Assembly: GCA_964035545.1 (NCBI GenBank)
Contig: CAXIUT010000051.1
Span: 1-50,012 of the forward strand
Source of the DNA: Bugula neritina
Lineage: Eukaryota > Animalia > Bryozoa
DNA: 50,012 nt
Direction: 5' to 3'
Both the position numbers and the translations under genes were made by a program. Within the stretch, counting starts at the first letter, position 1. Every line of letters starts with the position of its first letter. The notes under the pieces are model-generated. The model was not told the origin of the DNA. It worked only from the letters and a program-made list of their open reading frames with translations, and did not search any database. This document shows positions 38,350 through 50,012 of this stretch, in pieces.

Positions 38350-39438
38350 ATGCAGACACCTTTCTAAATATTTCGTAACAAGAAAAGAATCAACAGATAA
38401 AAATTAGTTCAAAGCAAGACTCAGACAAAACCTGTTCTTTCAGTTGATGGAAGTCCTAGAATGCACACAGCACCTAAGCCATCATTGAATAAACATTTCA
38501 ATAATAGAAGAATTCAAAGTGTTAAGAGCGAAATTAACCCTGCCAAAAGCAAACTCGAAGAAAACTCTGAGTAAAGAGACTATCAGATCGTCATTAGGAA
38601 TACATTAAGGAAGCAATAGCCTACATCTTTTGCCCTTTTTACATAGGGTTAGACTAGTTGTAATAGCAATAATGTTCATAAAAACTATACACCATGCAGA
38701 AATCTATTCATTGAGGGTAATAATTGTGGAAAAGATACTGGAAAGTGGAACAGACGAAAACTTGAATAACTTCTATCAAAAATATAAGGAAGTAATATAA
38801 TGGAACAAGATAGTAAAAATATACCAGAAATCATTGTGCATAAGTGCAAAGTGTTAGGTAGTGCTCTTCAGAAGAAATAAAAGATAAAAAGAAACGAGGT
38901 TAAATCTGAATAACAAAAGCAACAATAAAATATATCAACTGGTAATAACATTTTTTCAAAGAAAGAGTTGATAAATAAAGATCATTCAATAATATTCAAC
39001 TAAAAACCTGAGAAGGGATAAAAGTTTGATACTAGATAATTTTTAAGATGTAACAAATTAACAAAAAGAGATGAGGAAAGCGCAATAGCATCTGGTAATT
39101 TTTCAATGGTTTTAAATCATAATAAAATAACTAACTTTATCAAATAATCTAAAAAGAGAAAACTGACACATAGAGTGGCAAAAGTATAAAATTAAATATA
39201 AAATCCATAAAATTTACCCGTCTTTAGCAGTAGAGAAGTCCTTAGTTTCGGTTCATCTAGTAAGAAAGAAACAAGACAGCCTATCTCACCTAAAAGATGG
39301 AAATAAAATGTGGTAGATAATAAAAAATCTAATCAAAAAGCTCATATAAATACAGTAAATTTTAAAAACTTGAATGGATGGTAGTTATAATAAGATCATA
39401 ACTAGTTTGGTTTTATTCATTCGAGTTATTTATATTGA
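38350..39438 (+). CDS. Hypothetical low-complexity basic protein
   Basis: Open ATG-TGA frame in table 30; no motif recognised. Confidence 0.55.
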
Positions 39439-39549
39439 TTATTATATATTTGATAATTATTTTTATAAAGTTTATTATTATGGGTTAATGAGATGATAGT
39501 TTAATTAAAATTAATTCTTTGAGTTGAAAATAATAATTTGAACTTTTAA

Positions 39550-42500
39550 ATGGGTGTTCCTGGCTTCTACTCTTGGTAGTTCTTTACTTATTAAGGCTAA
39601 CTAAACGTTATCCTATGATCAAACAGTACATCAATCTGTAGTCTATCCCTCAAATCGACTACCTTTACCTCGACATGAATGGTATCATCTATCGTTGTGT
39701 CAGAGTATCTTCATTTTTATTCAGGACGATTCTGTGATATTCAAATCGCAACTGCTGCCCAAGTAGTTCGAAGAGATGTGGGTTTAAATTTATAACTATA
39801 TCAATGCTTTAGTTGATATGCTTAAACCTACGAAGATGATTATTATGGCATTGGATGGAGTGGCTCCCAGATGCAAGATGAATAACCAAAGAGCTAGAAG
39901 GTTCAGAAGTGCTCAAGACTATAAATAGTATGTTTAGAAACTATATGGCTATACTGATATAGCTGATAGTCAGGAAAACTTCAAAAATAATTCAATATCA
40001 CCTGGAACATCCTTTATGGACCAACTGAATGAGATGTTACACTTTTTTATCCAAAAAAAAATATAGTAAGACAATTATTGGAAAAACTTAAGTATTATTT
40101 TTACTGGTTCTGATACTCCTGGTGAAGGATAACATAAAATAATGTAGTTTATTCGAAGTAATAAACACAACTTCCTTCCTGATGATACTCATTGCTTATA
40201 TGGAGCTGATGCTGATTTGATTATGTTGGGTTTGACTTTGCCTGTCAAAAATGCTTGTATTATTCGATAGGAGTATATTCATGCTTCTGACAAAGTTAAC
40301 TTGATGTCGAATAGGAAAGAAAAATAAGTTAACTTTTAGTTAATTTATTTAACTATTCTTAAAGAATGTTTTGATTTAGAGTATCAATCGTTAAAACAAT
40401 AAATGAAAATAGATTATGATATCGATAAAATAGCTAAAGACTTTGTATTTTTGTTCTTTTTCATTGGAAATGACTTCTTGCCCAGAATCTATTCGTATAA
40501 TGTAAGAGAAAAGTCTATTTAAAAACTTATTCAAGGGTTCAAGTAGTATCTTGTTACCTGCTAGAGCTACATTACTAGTGGATAAGATTTGAATTTAACA
40601 GAATTGTTACGTTTACTTGGATAGATAGGAAAATATTAAGCTGATTTCTTTGCTGATAGACAAATGGAGTTTTAAAAGTTATAAAAACAAGAACAAAAGA
40701 ACTTCTAAGACGAACTTCAGAAGATGTTCCTTGCCAAAATAAAACACGAAGCCCAAACTCTACAAGGATTAAAGCAAATGTACTCCAATATGGACGGTAA
40801 TGGAAAAACTAACTACTACAATACCTACTTCATGATAGATCCCAATACTCAGTCATAATAGCTTTGGAATATTCTAGTCTACTATGTCTATGGACTTAAA
40901 TTTGTTTACTAGTATTACTTTAAAAATTTGCCCAGTTGGAGTTGGTATTATCCTTATTATTTTGCTCCTCTACTCACTGATATTCAATACTATCTTGGAT
41001 ATATTATTTCTCAAAAACAAAATCTTAATAAATTCGATCTAGATAAACCTTTTGAGCCTTTTAAACAACTTTTATGCATTCTTCCGAAGGAAAGTTCTGA
41101 CCTTTTACCTTAAAGTTTTAGAAGCTATATCCTTGAACCAACTTCAAAACTTAGACAACCAGTTGATTTCTATCCAGATGTAGTATCAACTGTCAACTAT
41201 GGATCTGTTCGAGCTTTCTAAGCTATCTATATGATTCCTTTCTTAGACCAATCACTTGTAACTTTTATTTAATTTAGGTTTGTTAGGCTTATGATAGGTC
41301 TATTGCCAACTTATCAAATGAAGATATTCGTAGAAACACTCTTCGTTCTTCGAGATTGTACGAATATCACAATAGTAACGAGAAAAAAGAGGTCAAATCG
41401 CCATTTTCAATGATTTCATCTTTTATGAGTCAGTGTCATATCGTCGATGTCAACCTTCTTAGTTCATTGACTTGGAAAACAGCTAAAAATATCAATTTTG
41501 TCAACAAAGGAGAGTAGAAGTTACTTAAAATGCCATCACTTCATATGAAACCTTTTGAATCATTGGCAACTAAAGATAAAGACAGTAGATTATTTATGAA
41601 GCTTAAATTAATCTAGGAAAAGAAGGAAAAGTTTAAATTGGGAGAACAGGTGTACTATGGATACCCTCTATAACACTCTGGAAGAATTTAAGGTATTCTT
41701 ACTTATGACGACTTCTATCCTACTAAAGAAATGTTCCTTGAAAACTATGATTTTATCAAAAATAATGCTTAAAATAATCATCATATCGATGATTTGAGAA
41801 GAAATTCAAAGATGTTTTTTAACTTCGTTAAAAATGGATTAGCTAACAGTAAATTTCCTGGACACTCTTTCTATTCCTTCATTGATGTCTCAAATTCAAA
41901 TGCTTTCTTATTTTTATCATAAACAAGAAGCTTCTTTAGAAATATATCAGGTTAATTCCATAGACTTTTTGAAGACAATTTTACTTAGAGTTTCATTATT
42001 GTTCCTGCAAGTTTGGCATCTAAAGATAGATACTATCAGACTACTAGAAGTATTTCAAGATTCAATAGTCTTGAAGACTAGTTTAGAATGAAGTAAGATG
42101 TGTTGATAACTCACTATGATTCAGCTATTTGTGGAGCAAAGGGAAGAGTTGTGGGATATGCGAATAACAAAGTGAAGGTTTAAATTATAGAAGAGCCTAG
42201 GTATTCAAAATAATAGATACAAGCTATAGTTGGCATAGCTTCAACTAAGGCTGATATATATTTTTCACTGAGATTTGTCGCTTAGATTGTTGGAATGAAA
42301 TTTCAACATTTGGAGAATATTTTGGGTCAGATCAATATTATAACTCCTAAAGATAGTAAACTTCCTCCTTCTATTGATATTGGACTGAACCTGATAAGTA
42401 GAAAATAAAATAAAATTGTACCAAATTTGGTTAGAGTCAATTATTAATTTAACAAAGATGCTAAATTTGATAATCCTTTCAAATTTATGGAACTATCAAT

Positions 42501-43643
42501 AAAAGCTCTTTAAATTTTGGTCTAGTACAAACAAAAATTCCCATAGATTTTTTAATTTATCGAGAGAAGACACTAGAAACTAGTTGAAAGAGCACAAAGA
42601 ACAGGATAAAGAATAGAGTGGAGTGAAGTAATTTACTCTGAAAATGTTTATCAAGAAAACTCAGCTAAAATTTGATGCAGGTTTATAAATGGTTAATGTT
42701 AAAGGAATAAACTCACATGCCAGCAAGTTCTCTTTACTCTAAACAGCTAAATACTAAAAAGATAAATAAATTAAAATAGTTATATGACACCTTGAAAAAG
42801 CCAACTAATATTCAATCAAAGAAGTCAAATAAATACAGATAAGTAAATAGAATTGAAGCTTTTAATCCTAACTACTTGTTTTCTCAGAGATTGAGTCAAT
42901 TAGGATACTTATATCTGAGAAAAAAACCTAAAAATCATTCAATTGGAGATCTTGTTATTTGTGTTAGTCCTAAACTCTTTGGACATTATGGTGTTATTGT
43001 TGGTATTGATGATAATAAGTATTAGGTGTTTTTCAATCAACCATCTTTTGGAAAGAATGATCTTGGAGGACTTTGTGATAACCTTTGGGGAGGAAAGTTT
43101 GATTTTAGAGAGTTATTAAACCTTCTAACCTGGCCTCAGTTATTTAGCGAGAGAGTTTATAAATGTTCACAGGAAGAAAGATTGGGTTGGAATGGAAATA
43201 TTGATAGATTTTTACCTCGATATCCTACTAAACCTTTTCAAGATTTCCAAGACTTAAAAGTTTTTACAGCAAAATCAGAAAATAAAAAGTATTTTACTGA
43301 AGAGATGCTGAATCATATTTTTAAAGTTCAGTAAAAACTGAAGCAGACCTAACTTGATCCTGATTATATCGTTGTTGACAATAAAAAAGAAGATTATCGT
43401 TATAAGTATGATAAAAAGGTGCAATATATATAGAAAAAACAGGTAGATGAAGCTGTTTAGGCCTCTAAGATGATGGATGCACCAATTAAAGAGTTAATCC
43501 CCTAAAGACCTCCATAAATAGTTGAGCCTCAAGTTTTCAAACCAATCTAGAAGGAGATTATTTAAAACAAAGTAAACTAATAGACTAAAAGTTAGACAGG
43601 TTAGATTGGAGAGGAAGAAGATGCCTAAGATATACTAGGTTGA
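39550..43643 (+). CDS. XRN1: 5'-3' exoribonuclease 1; 20-nt introns at 39576-39595, 39705-39724 and 41258-41277; frame anomaly near 42673
   Basis: MGVPGFYSWLTKRYP, DYLYLDMNGII, MALDGVAPRCKMNNQRARRF, NSISPGT, PGEGEHKIM, HCLYGADADLIMLGL, IGNDFLP, SWSWYYPY, PFKQLLCILP, plus an XRN1-type C-terminal SH3-like region (GHYGVIVGID). Confidence 0.93.
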
Positions 43644-43684
43644 TAAAATCATAAATAACTATAATTAATCTTAAAAAAATGATA

Positions 43685-44442
43685 TCAGGCTTACAGATCA
43701 AGTTCTATTTCTATAGCTTTGTAGATGTCATCCATTTTTCCCATTTAGTTTTAGAATTATTCCATGTTAAGGATAATACCTTTTCGTTGTTATTTTTGTT
43801 CTATGATTTTGATTGATAATTGTTCCTATACTATTCTTTTTTATTTGAGAACTGTTTCTAATTCTTTAAACAATTTATCGTTTTAGAGGGTAAGGGAGAG
43901 GACTTTATTTGAGAGTTCTTTTGATTGAATTTTAAGAGTAGACATTTATTAATTACACATAATGAGAGTTCTTCTTGTTTCTTATTGTAATCTTCTTTAT
44001 TTCTTGAGAAGTTCTTCACTCTCTTAAATCTCCTGAGTGAGTTATCCTACAAACCCATTTATGACTCTTCTTTTTGTTTGTTGAGTGTAGGATGTTCGAT
44101 CGATGGTACGCCCAAACACCATTGGACTTGGAGTTAGAGTAGAATGACTAAACAATTATGCATTGGTTTCAGATGAAAAGTTGCCTTTTAAGTTATTTAG
44201 GCCTTAATTTTGTCGATTTGATTGTAGAGAGGCGATTTCTTGGTTTAATTTTTTGTTTATTTCTTTATAAATATGAAAATACCTTTAAGGTTGTTAACTT
44301 AGTTGGTGAGAGAAGTGTTTTATTCTAGCGTTTGATTGTATTGACTATTTAGGAAGTTGTATTTTTATGCCATTTATGCTAGGAGTTGATTATCTTTTTA
44401 ATCTCTAGCTATTGCTTACTCCTCTTTATCGTAGAAACTCAT
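43685..44442 (-). CDS. Coiled-coil hypothetical protein; 20-nt intron at 44263-44282
   Basis: Open frame with heptads once the GTA..AAG intron is removed. Confidence 0.55.
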
Positions 44443-44549
44443 TGATTCTATTTAAATTAATTAAATTAGATTTAAACTTGAATATAACATCCTGCTATAT
44501 CTGATAATTATAATCTAAAAATGACAGAGGTATAAAGAGATGATTCAAA

Positions 44550-45021
44550 TCATTTTTTAAAACTCCTATCTATGTTTTTTTAAGCAATGTTCAATAAATT
44601 TCTTTCTGAGATAGCTGCATTATTCTTCAATTATCTAAACTCTGTATTTGTCTGTTTAATTCTTTCTTTAGATTGGTGTTTTTGATATCATAGTTGATAC
44701 TGACTAGAATTTGCTGAATTCTAACTTTTTATTTTGTTTTACTGGAGTAGTCAGATATTCCTAACTAGGGTATCGTTTGAGTCCACTTGATATGTTGCTA
44801 TTGGAGGATAGATATAGACTAAAAGCACTTTTTTGGTTGGTTAGTTGGCGTTAATCTGAATGACTTTTGCTATGCATGAGTTGGTTATAGTAATCATCGA
44901 CTTATTTGTTAAGATATTATCTCCAGTGTTTGTGGAGGGGCCTGTCGGTGTGTGATGTTTTTTTGTGTTGAGGGGAGAGGTAGTATTGTTTAATTTTTTA
45001 TTTTTTGAAGCGTTCGTACAT
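44550..45021 (-). CDS. Hypothetical protein (3' end uncertain)
   Basis: Frame from MYERFKKEKIKQYYLSPQH; needs an indel or intron near 44635. Confidence 0.4.
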
Positions 45022-45152
45022 GACTAATTTTATTAATATTTGCCGCTGAGGAGTGAGTTGAATATCAAGGTATTTAAATATGATATTTATTGAATAAAGA
45101 TGACATTTATTTGAACTAGAAGTGATTAAGATGATTATTATGGTCATTAAAA

Positions 45153-47048
45153 TCAGTGCATTTCATCTTGATGAAACGACATGATCTTTCCAGAATTTTA
45201 TGTATTTTTCCAATTTCTACTGTTGAATTTAGCTGTTAGAGCATTCCTAGCTCCGCCTCTCTCGTTTATTGAATTACTTCTTGCTCCAGTCATTCTCCTT
45301 TACTGTGAACTCATCACTTCTTTTCGACTGAAATTGGTTGGAACTGAATCAACTCCTCTCTAGTTCATGTAATACTGGTTGATTTCAACTGAATTCCAAT
45401 AATTAAAGTTATTTTTAGATCCTCCAGCTGCAAATCCAAGGTATCCGCTGTTACTATTGGCCACAACTCCTTGAGGGAAGGCGTTGGTTTGTTCTGTAGG
45501 AGTGTGATGTAGTTGTGTTTTTTGCGCGGTTGATGAGTGTCTTTTTCTTGCGAAGGCGGTTGAACTTCTAATGGCTGATTGATTTTGAGTAGTATATTTA
45601 TTTTGTGGATGTAGTTATGATTACTTCATGGTTTGTAGTTGTTATTTAAGTCTTTAATTTTATTTGCTTAGTTCAAAGATATCAATATCTTTTTAGTCAT
45701 TTCTTGTATTTGAATATTATAATTTTTACCTGAGTTATTTATTACTTTTAAGAAGTTATCTTACCATGTTGATACTTTATATTAATCTTTAAGAAAATAC
45801 CTAATTACCATTGCCAACTTATTTCTAACTACAGCCACGTCTTAATGGACTCATTGGTTTTATTAGATCTTGTTCATGGAGATGACTTTGTTGCATATTA
45901 GAGAGCAACTAAATATGTTGATTTGCTTTTCCTAACTATTATGTCAATCCTTTGACTTGTCTTTTTAGCTAATTAACTGCTTTACTTTTAGGATCATCAT
46001 TTACTGTAGGTTGATTGGTAATATATGATGCTTTAGTTGCGTAAGTTAGAGTTGATATGTTCTATTCTAGAAAGAAATCATTAGGACAGATGCATGCTAT
46101 CATCAAACAGTAGCTGTTACCACCGATTGACTGCTTTAATATTGATGTTAGTTTTGAATCACGATATGGCACATAGCTTTTTTATTTTTGGTTTTTTGAA
46201 CGAGAAGAATCAGCCAATATACTGATGACTTGTCTTAAAGTAAATAGTGATTTATTGATATCTATACTTTATTTAGCTTGTTTTCCTTATGTGCCAGTCA
46301 ATCCGATTCTTTATGATCCTGCTAGATCTACTAACTACAATTTGCTGCTGAGTAAGCTGTTAGGTGAACTTCTGTCATAGCTTTCGATTCTTATAGTTAG
46401 TATAGAGTGACTTCTTGAGCTTTGCAGGTTGAGTTTATGTGCAGCATTGACTCTATTTTTTAAGCCCATTGAAAAATATTTTCCAAGATCATGCTAATTT
46501 TGACATTCAAAAATATACAAGTTTTATACAGTGAATTGTTAATCTTTGCTCCATCTGAGTCTCAATCCGGCTCCATTTCGTTAGTTGAGTCCAGCTGGAT
46601 TGAGTAGGTCAAAGATTCTTTCGTTGTAGATTTGTAGAAAAGAGAAATAGACTGTGAATGTTCTATGACTATTGGATTCAATATCTTAAAAGAGTCTTTG
46701 AAACATTTTGGGGATTATTCCTGAATTATTTTATTCTATTTGTTCTTGTCCATGCATGGTATAGGTTTTACCTGATCCAGTTTGTCCATATGCGAAGATA
46801 GTTGAGTGATATCCTTTGAGTGTCTTATCTATGAGATGATCGATTTGGCATTAGTCATAGAGTTATTCTTGGGTGGTGGATTCGTTGAAGATGTAGTCGA
46901 AGTTGAAGTTTTTCGACTGATGACCATCAAATACTTGTACTTCTTGGCGTTGAGGGAGAGGACGGATGCAGGAGTTAGTGTATCCGTTTTTTATTTATGA
47001 TTTAAGAAAGGGACGAATGCGAATAGCTGCTTTTATCTTACTGCTCAT
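45153..47048 (-). CDS. N-terminal kinesin motor protein (KIF12/kinesin-16-like)
   Basis: [72 protein letters not shown], then a coiled-coil stalk. Confidence 0.93.
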
Positions 47049-47293
47049 TAATAATTTTATTTTTATTACTGCTAAGAAATATTTTCAATTCATTTACATA
47101 GTTAACAATCATCGATATTCAATTAACTATTATTTAAATACATTAAAATCTATACCTTATACATCATAGATTAGATAAATAGGTAATTAAATTATCCTGT
47201 TGTTTCTGGGTGAATATGACTGTTAATTAGGAGGATGTAAGCATTTAAGTTACTTGATAATAAAACTAAGTTAGAATTTAATAGTAGCAGAAC

Positions 47294-48465
47294 ATGTTTT
47301 GCGGTTGTTCTTCAAACAAAAAGGCTTAATTGCCTAAATACTAAGATAGTATTGATAGTCCTCTTCAAATACGTCTCATCAAAATGTTTGGTCTTAAAAA
47401 TTACATTCTTGATAAGTTTGTATTTAGAAGAAAATCTCAAAGTACTCGTCACTATATTCAGGTTATTCCTTTAGAAATATTCACGGAAAAGCTACTCTCA
47501 TACTTGACAACTAGCCTTATCAACCTCCTAAAAATTATCATCTTGATATGCATATCATCGAAAAACCTCAACACAGCGTTCCTGTTGCCAGATTGACACC
47601 AATCGATATGTAGCCTGATGAAACTTTGCCTTGTATTATCTATGCACATGGCAATTCTTCTGATATGGGTGATTCTCTTTATTTTGTTACTAAATTCTCA
47701 TAAAAATTGAGAGCTGTATTCATAGTATTTGACTTCACAGGATATGGCGAGTCCAGAGTGAAATAAGTTGGTTAAGAGGTGATATGTGAAGATTTGCAGA
47801 TGGTACTTGCTTGGGCTAATTAACCTTTGTAGAACGTGATATTATGGGGATTCAGTCTTGGTTCTTATCCTGTTATATTCAATGCAGCTAAGATGAAAGT
47901 AAAGGCAGTAGTTTTACAGTGTCCAATAGGTTCATTGAGTTGTATGTTCTATGATGAATATTAAATTTAGACCAAGTTCAAGGAAGATCATTTTGCCAAT
48001 ATTGATCATATAATGAATATTTAGTCAAAAATATTGATGATGCATAGTATTAACGATGAGATAATACCGATAGAACAGGCTAGGTTATTGTACAAGAAGT
48101 ATGTGAAGAAAAATGGATAAAAAAATATGTAGTTTATTTAGGTATAAAAGATAAAACATAATTCTTTTCATAGGTTTATCATATCGGCTGTTACTAATGA
48201 TTTACAGAATGAAGTGCTTTAGTTTTTAATTAAAAATAAAACTTCTATTTCTTTTAATGCAAGAAAGAAGGAATAGTAATAAAAAACATAGAAAGAGGAG
48301 TAGTATTGTTTGCCTAGAGAACTTAGAAAGATGAGGTTGTAGTTAAAAGAGGTCTAATTATCATAATTTTACTTCTAATAGAGTTAGTTTTAGTTGGTTG
48401 AGACATAGGGTAGTCAAAAGACAAAAAATACAAGGACAAGATAAAATTGGTTTTGTTGTGGTTGA
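47294..48465 (+). CDS. ABHD17/ABHD13-like serine hydrolase (putative depalmitoylase); 20-nt intron at 47442-47461
   Basis: IYAHGNSSDMG, FDFTGYGES, LWGFSLG (Ser), MHSINDEII (Asp), KHN (His); N-terminal MFCGC. Confidence 0.8.
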
Positions 48466-48540
48466 TTTAAGTTATCTTCTACTAATATTTTATCATATAA
48501 TTGACTAAATAGATTAGTATATAAAGTTAATTCAACAACG

Positions 48541-49767
48541 ATGACAATGTTATTTGCAGGTACTGGGTACAACCAGTTGGTGAGTCTAAATTATGAATCG
48601 AAGAAGCAATCAAAGTAGGTGACAGGAACTATCCAAAGAAAGCCTATATCGCATATATCTAGAGATCAAAATTCAGATTTGACTCTTTATGGTAGTAATA
48701 GATCAGTTAATTTGGTTCATAAAGAATAAAACAATAATTTGGTTGAATTGAGTCAATCTAGCAGAGAAACTATCATATCAGTTTATATCAATGATGGACA
48801 AAATAATTGTCTTCAATATGTGTTATCCAATGGTGCTATTTATTAGAACTTTGCATTGAATATCATGATGTTTAGACATGGATTGTATCCAAAAAATGAA
48901 TGGAGTTCTGTTTATCGAGGAGAAGAGCATAATAAATTTACTGGGGCTTGTCATAGTTAAGATTCTGCTAAATGTTTGTTTTATGGCAAAGATGCTGTAC
49001 CTATGATAGTCAATAAGTATAAAAGTACAGCTATTTGGAAAGGTAAAAATGTAAAACATGATTAACTTGACTTATAGGTGCCTATCAATGATGTTGATGG
49101 AACTTTCTTTAAAAATGATACTTTTGTTGCTGTTCTTAATAGAAATAACAAGATGAGAATCTACGATGTGAGGGGAACTCATCGAAGACCTGTAAGTGAT
49201 ATTTTGCTGAAAGTGGCTCCAAGGTCATTGATGACTAAAATGACTAAAAATAGAGAATAAACTTTATTTTATGTTGCTAATGATGTTGGAGAGATATTTT
49301 AGTTGGATAGTCGTATGGATTGGAAATCAACTGGAAAGTTCAAAGGAATTACAACATCAATAACAGATTTGATAGTTAAAAGAGATTAACTATTTTGTTC
49401 AAGTTTAGATTCTAATGTAAGAGTATTTGATCTTGAAAGTAGAGAAATGGTTAAGAAATTTTACTTGAACAAACCTATATATTCACTTTATGTTGATTAA
49501 AAGGAGATGGAGTAAGTTAAAGAAGAAGTATCTAATGAGGAAATCATACAACAAGAAGAATTATCTGAAGAATATGAATAGGTATAAACTCATACTAAGA
49601 AAAAGGCTAAATTTATTCGGAAGAGAAATAAAGTAGGACTAAAGTATTTGGCTGCAAGGGAATTCGATACTCCTGAAGAGGCAGTGAAGGAATAATTTGA
49701 AGCAGTAAAATAAGAGTAGTGGCTAAAGGATATGAATCCTATTGATAGAAGAGAGTTTTAAGAATGA
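48541..49767 (+). CDS. WDR74: WD40 ribosome biogenesis protein Nsa1/WDR74
   Basis: IWKGKNVKHDELDLEVPI, MRIYDVRGTHRRPV, GKFKGITTSITD, SSLDSNVRVFD, acidic/basic tail. Confidence 0.85.
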
Positions 49768-49919
49768 AGATATTGATCTATTCTTAACTATTATTTAACT
49801 AATTTTATCATATATGATCTTATTATTCTTACAAAAGAATCTTTTATAAACTTTTACTATCAATATTCATGATAAATAGATATAATTAAAATAAATCTTC
49901 ATGACTATTTGAATCCATA

Positions 49920-50012
49920 GGGGTTGGGGTTGGGGTTGGGGTTGGGGTTGGGGTTGGGGTTGGGGTTGGGGTTGGGGTTGGGGTTGGGGTTGGGGTTGGG
50001 GTTGGGGTTGGG
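49920..50012. repeat. Right telomere (GGGGTT)n
   Basis: Perfect GGGGTT tandem repeats to the window end, after a ~150 bp AT-rich subtelomere. Confidence 0.98.

Noticed and set aside
46330-46345. Split code with TAG = Gln and TAA = Glu (kinesin SKL*LVDLAG, BBS8 ASL*QYG, RPA2 YFA*MK)
   Set aside because: These positions are variable among homologues, while several strongly conserved Glu sites use TAG. There is no firm Gln-only site.
49768-49919. Known chromosome-breakage signals (Tetrahymena 15-bp Cbs, Euplotes TTGAA at fixed distance)
   Set aside because: No Cbs match was seen near any end. TTGAA/TTCAA occurs near the three ends but at inconsistent distances and orientations.

Overview
AT-rich, very gene-dense ciliate macronuclear DNA. 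Telomeres are (C4A2)n at 1-75 and (G4T2)n at 49920-50012, with a third, internal (G4T2)n tract at 5866-6000. The window therefore reads as a ~6 kb telomere-to-telomere molecule fused to a ~44 kb right-end fragment that begins in the middle of a gene. In-frame TAA and TAG both fall on invariant Glu positions and TGA is the only stop. This is the peritrich nuclear code (NCBI table 30), so the supplied standard-code ORF track is mostly fragments or antisense artefacts. About 35 protein genes can be read, including RBM19 (truncated), CWC15, a MORN protein (truncated), RSPH9, PHYHD1-like, PDI, eEF1A, RPA2, BBS8, an MBOAT, Sec1, DENN, a pectinacetylesterase, XRN1, a kinesin, ABHD17-like and WDR74. 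They are separated by spacers of tens to ~250 bp and interrupted by GTA...AG introns that are almost all exactly 20 nt. The most interesting candidate is an orphan prepro-peptide (signal, N/Q-rich pro region, KR site, 48-aa cationic 6-Cys domain) directly downstream of a PDI with atypical active sites and a 2OG-Fe(II) dioxygenase. Scattered single-base indels, especially in the first kb, suggest long-read errors. All product calls come from remembered motifs, not database searches.
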